Shown: piece after piece, positions 64,000-64,000 of the stretch
How positions within the stretch are numbered: the stretch's first letter is position 1
Layout: each line of letters begins with the position of its first letter
From: Chiloscyllium plagiosum
Taxonomy: Eukaryota
Length of the DNA stretch: 64,000 bases
NCBI RefSeq assembly: GCF_004010195.1
Contig: NC_057711.1
Coordinates: 76,215,817-76,279,816, forward strand
Direction: 5' to 3'
Position numbers and translations under genes: made by a program
Notes under the pieces: model-generated
Told to the model about the DNA's origin: nothing
The model's input: the letters and a program-made list of their open reading frames with translations, nothing else
Databases searched by the model: none

Positions 64000-64000
64000 T

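Noticed and set aside
1..64000. CRISPR array, prokaryotic operon or endogenous viral genes
   Set aside because: No regularly spaced repeat-spacer structure and no gag, integrase, env or capsid-like ORFs seen.

Overview
Vertebrate genomic DNA, most likely from a cartilaginous fish (inferred from HE1-type tRNA SINEs and shark-like CR1 LINEs; not confirmed by a database search). The only host gene I can support is PCSK5 (proprotein convertase PC5/6) on the + strand. Three phase-0 coding exons are present (635-739, 58756-58869, 60752-60895). They cover the end of the prodomain, the RIKR autocleavage site and the start of the subtilisin catalytic domain, with a 58,016-bp intron between the first two. 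The rest is intron, densely filled with transposon remnants: CR1 LINEs of several ages (nested, 5'-inverted, internally deleted), older LINE relics, HE1/V-SINEs, Deu-domain SINEs and a TA-flanked MITE. Almost all ORFs in the supplied track are LINE fragments or noise. The most interesting signal is a set of eight Penelope-like-element (PLE) insertions: one ~2.3-kb fold-back copy and seven short derivatives. Most have 9-15 bp target-site duplications, most are hairpins, and most carry a minimal type I hammerhead ribozyme motif or break at it. Hammerheads in PLEs are known. The clustering of fold-back breakpoints at the motif and the apparent homogenisation of hairpin arms are my observations and need testing. 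I found no evidence for a novel protein-coding system.
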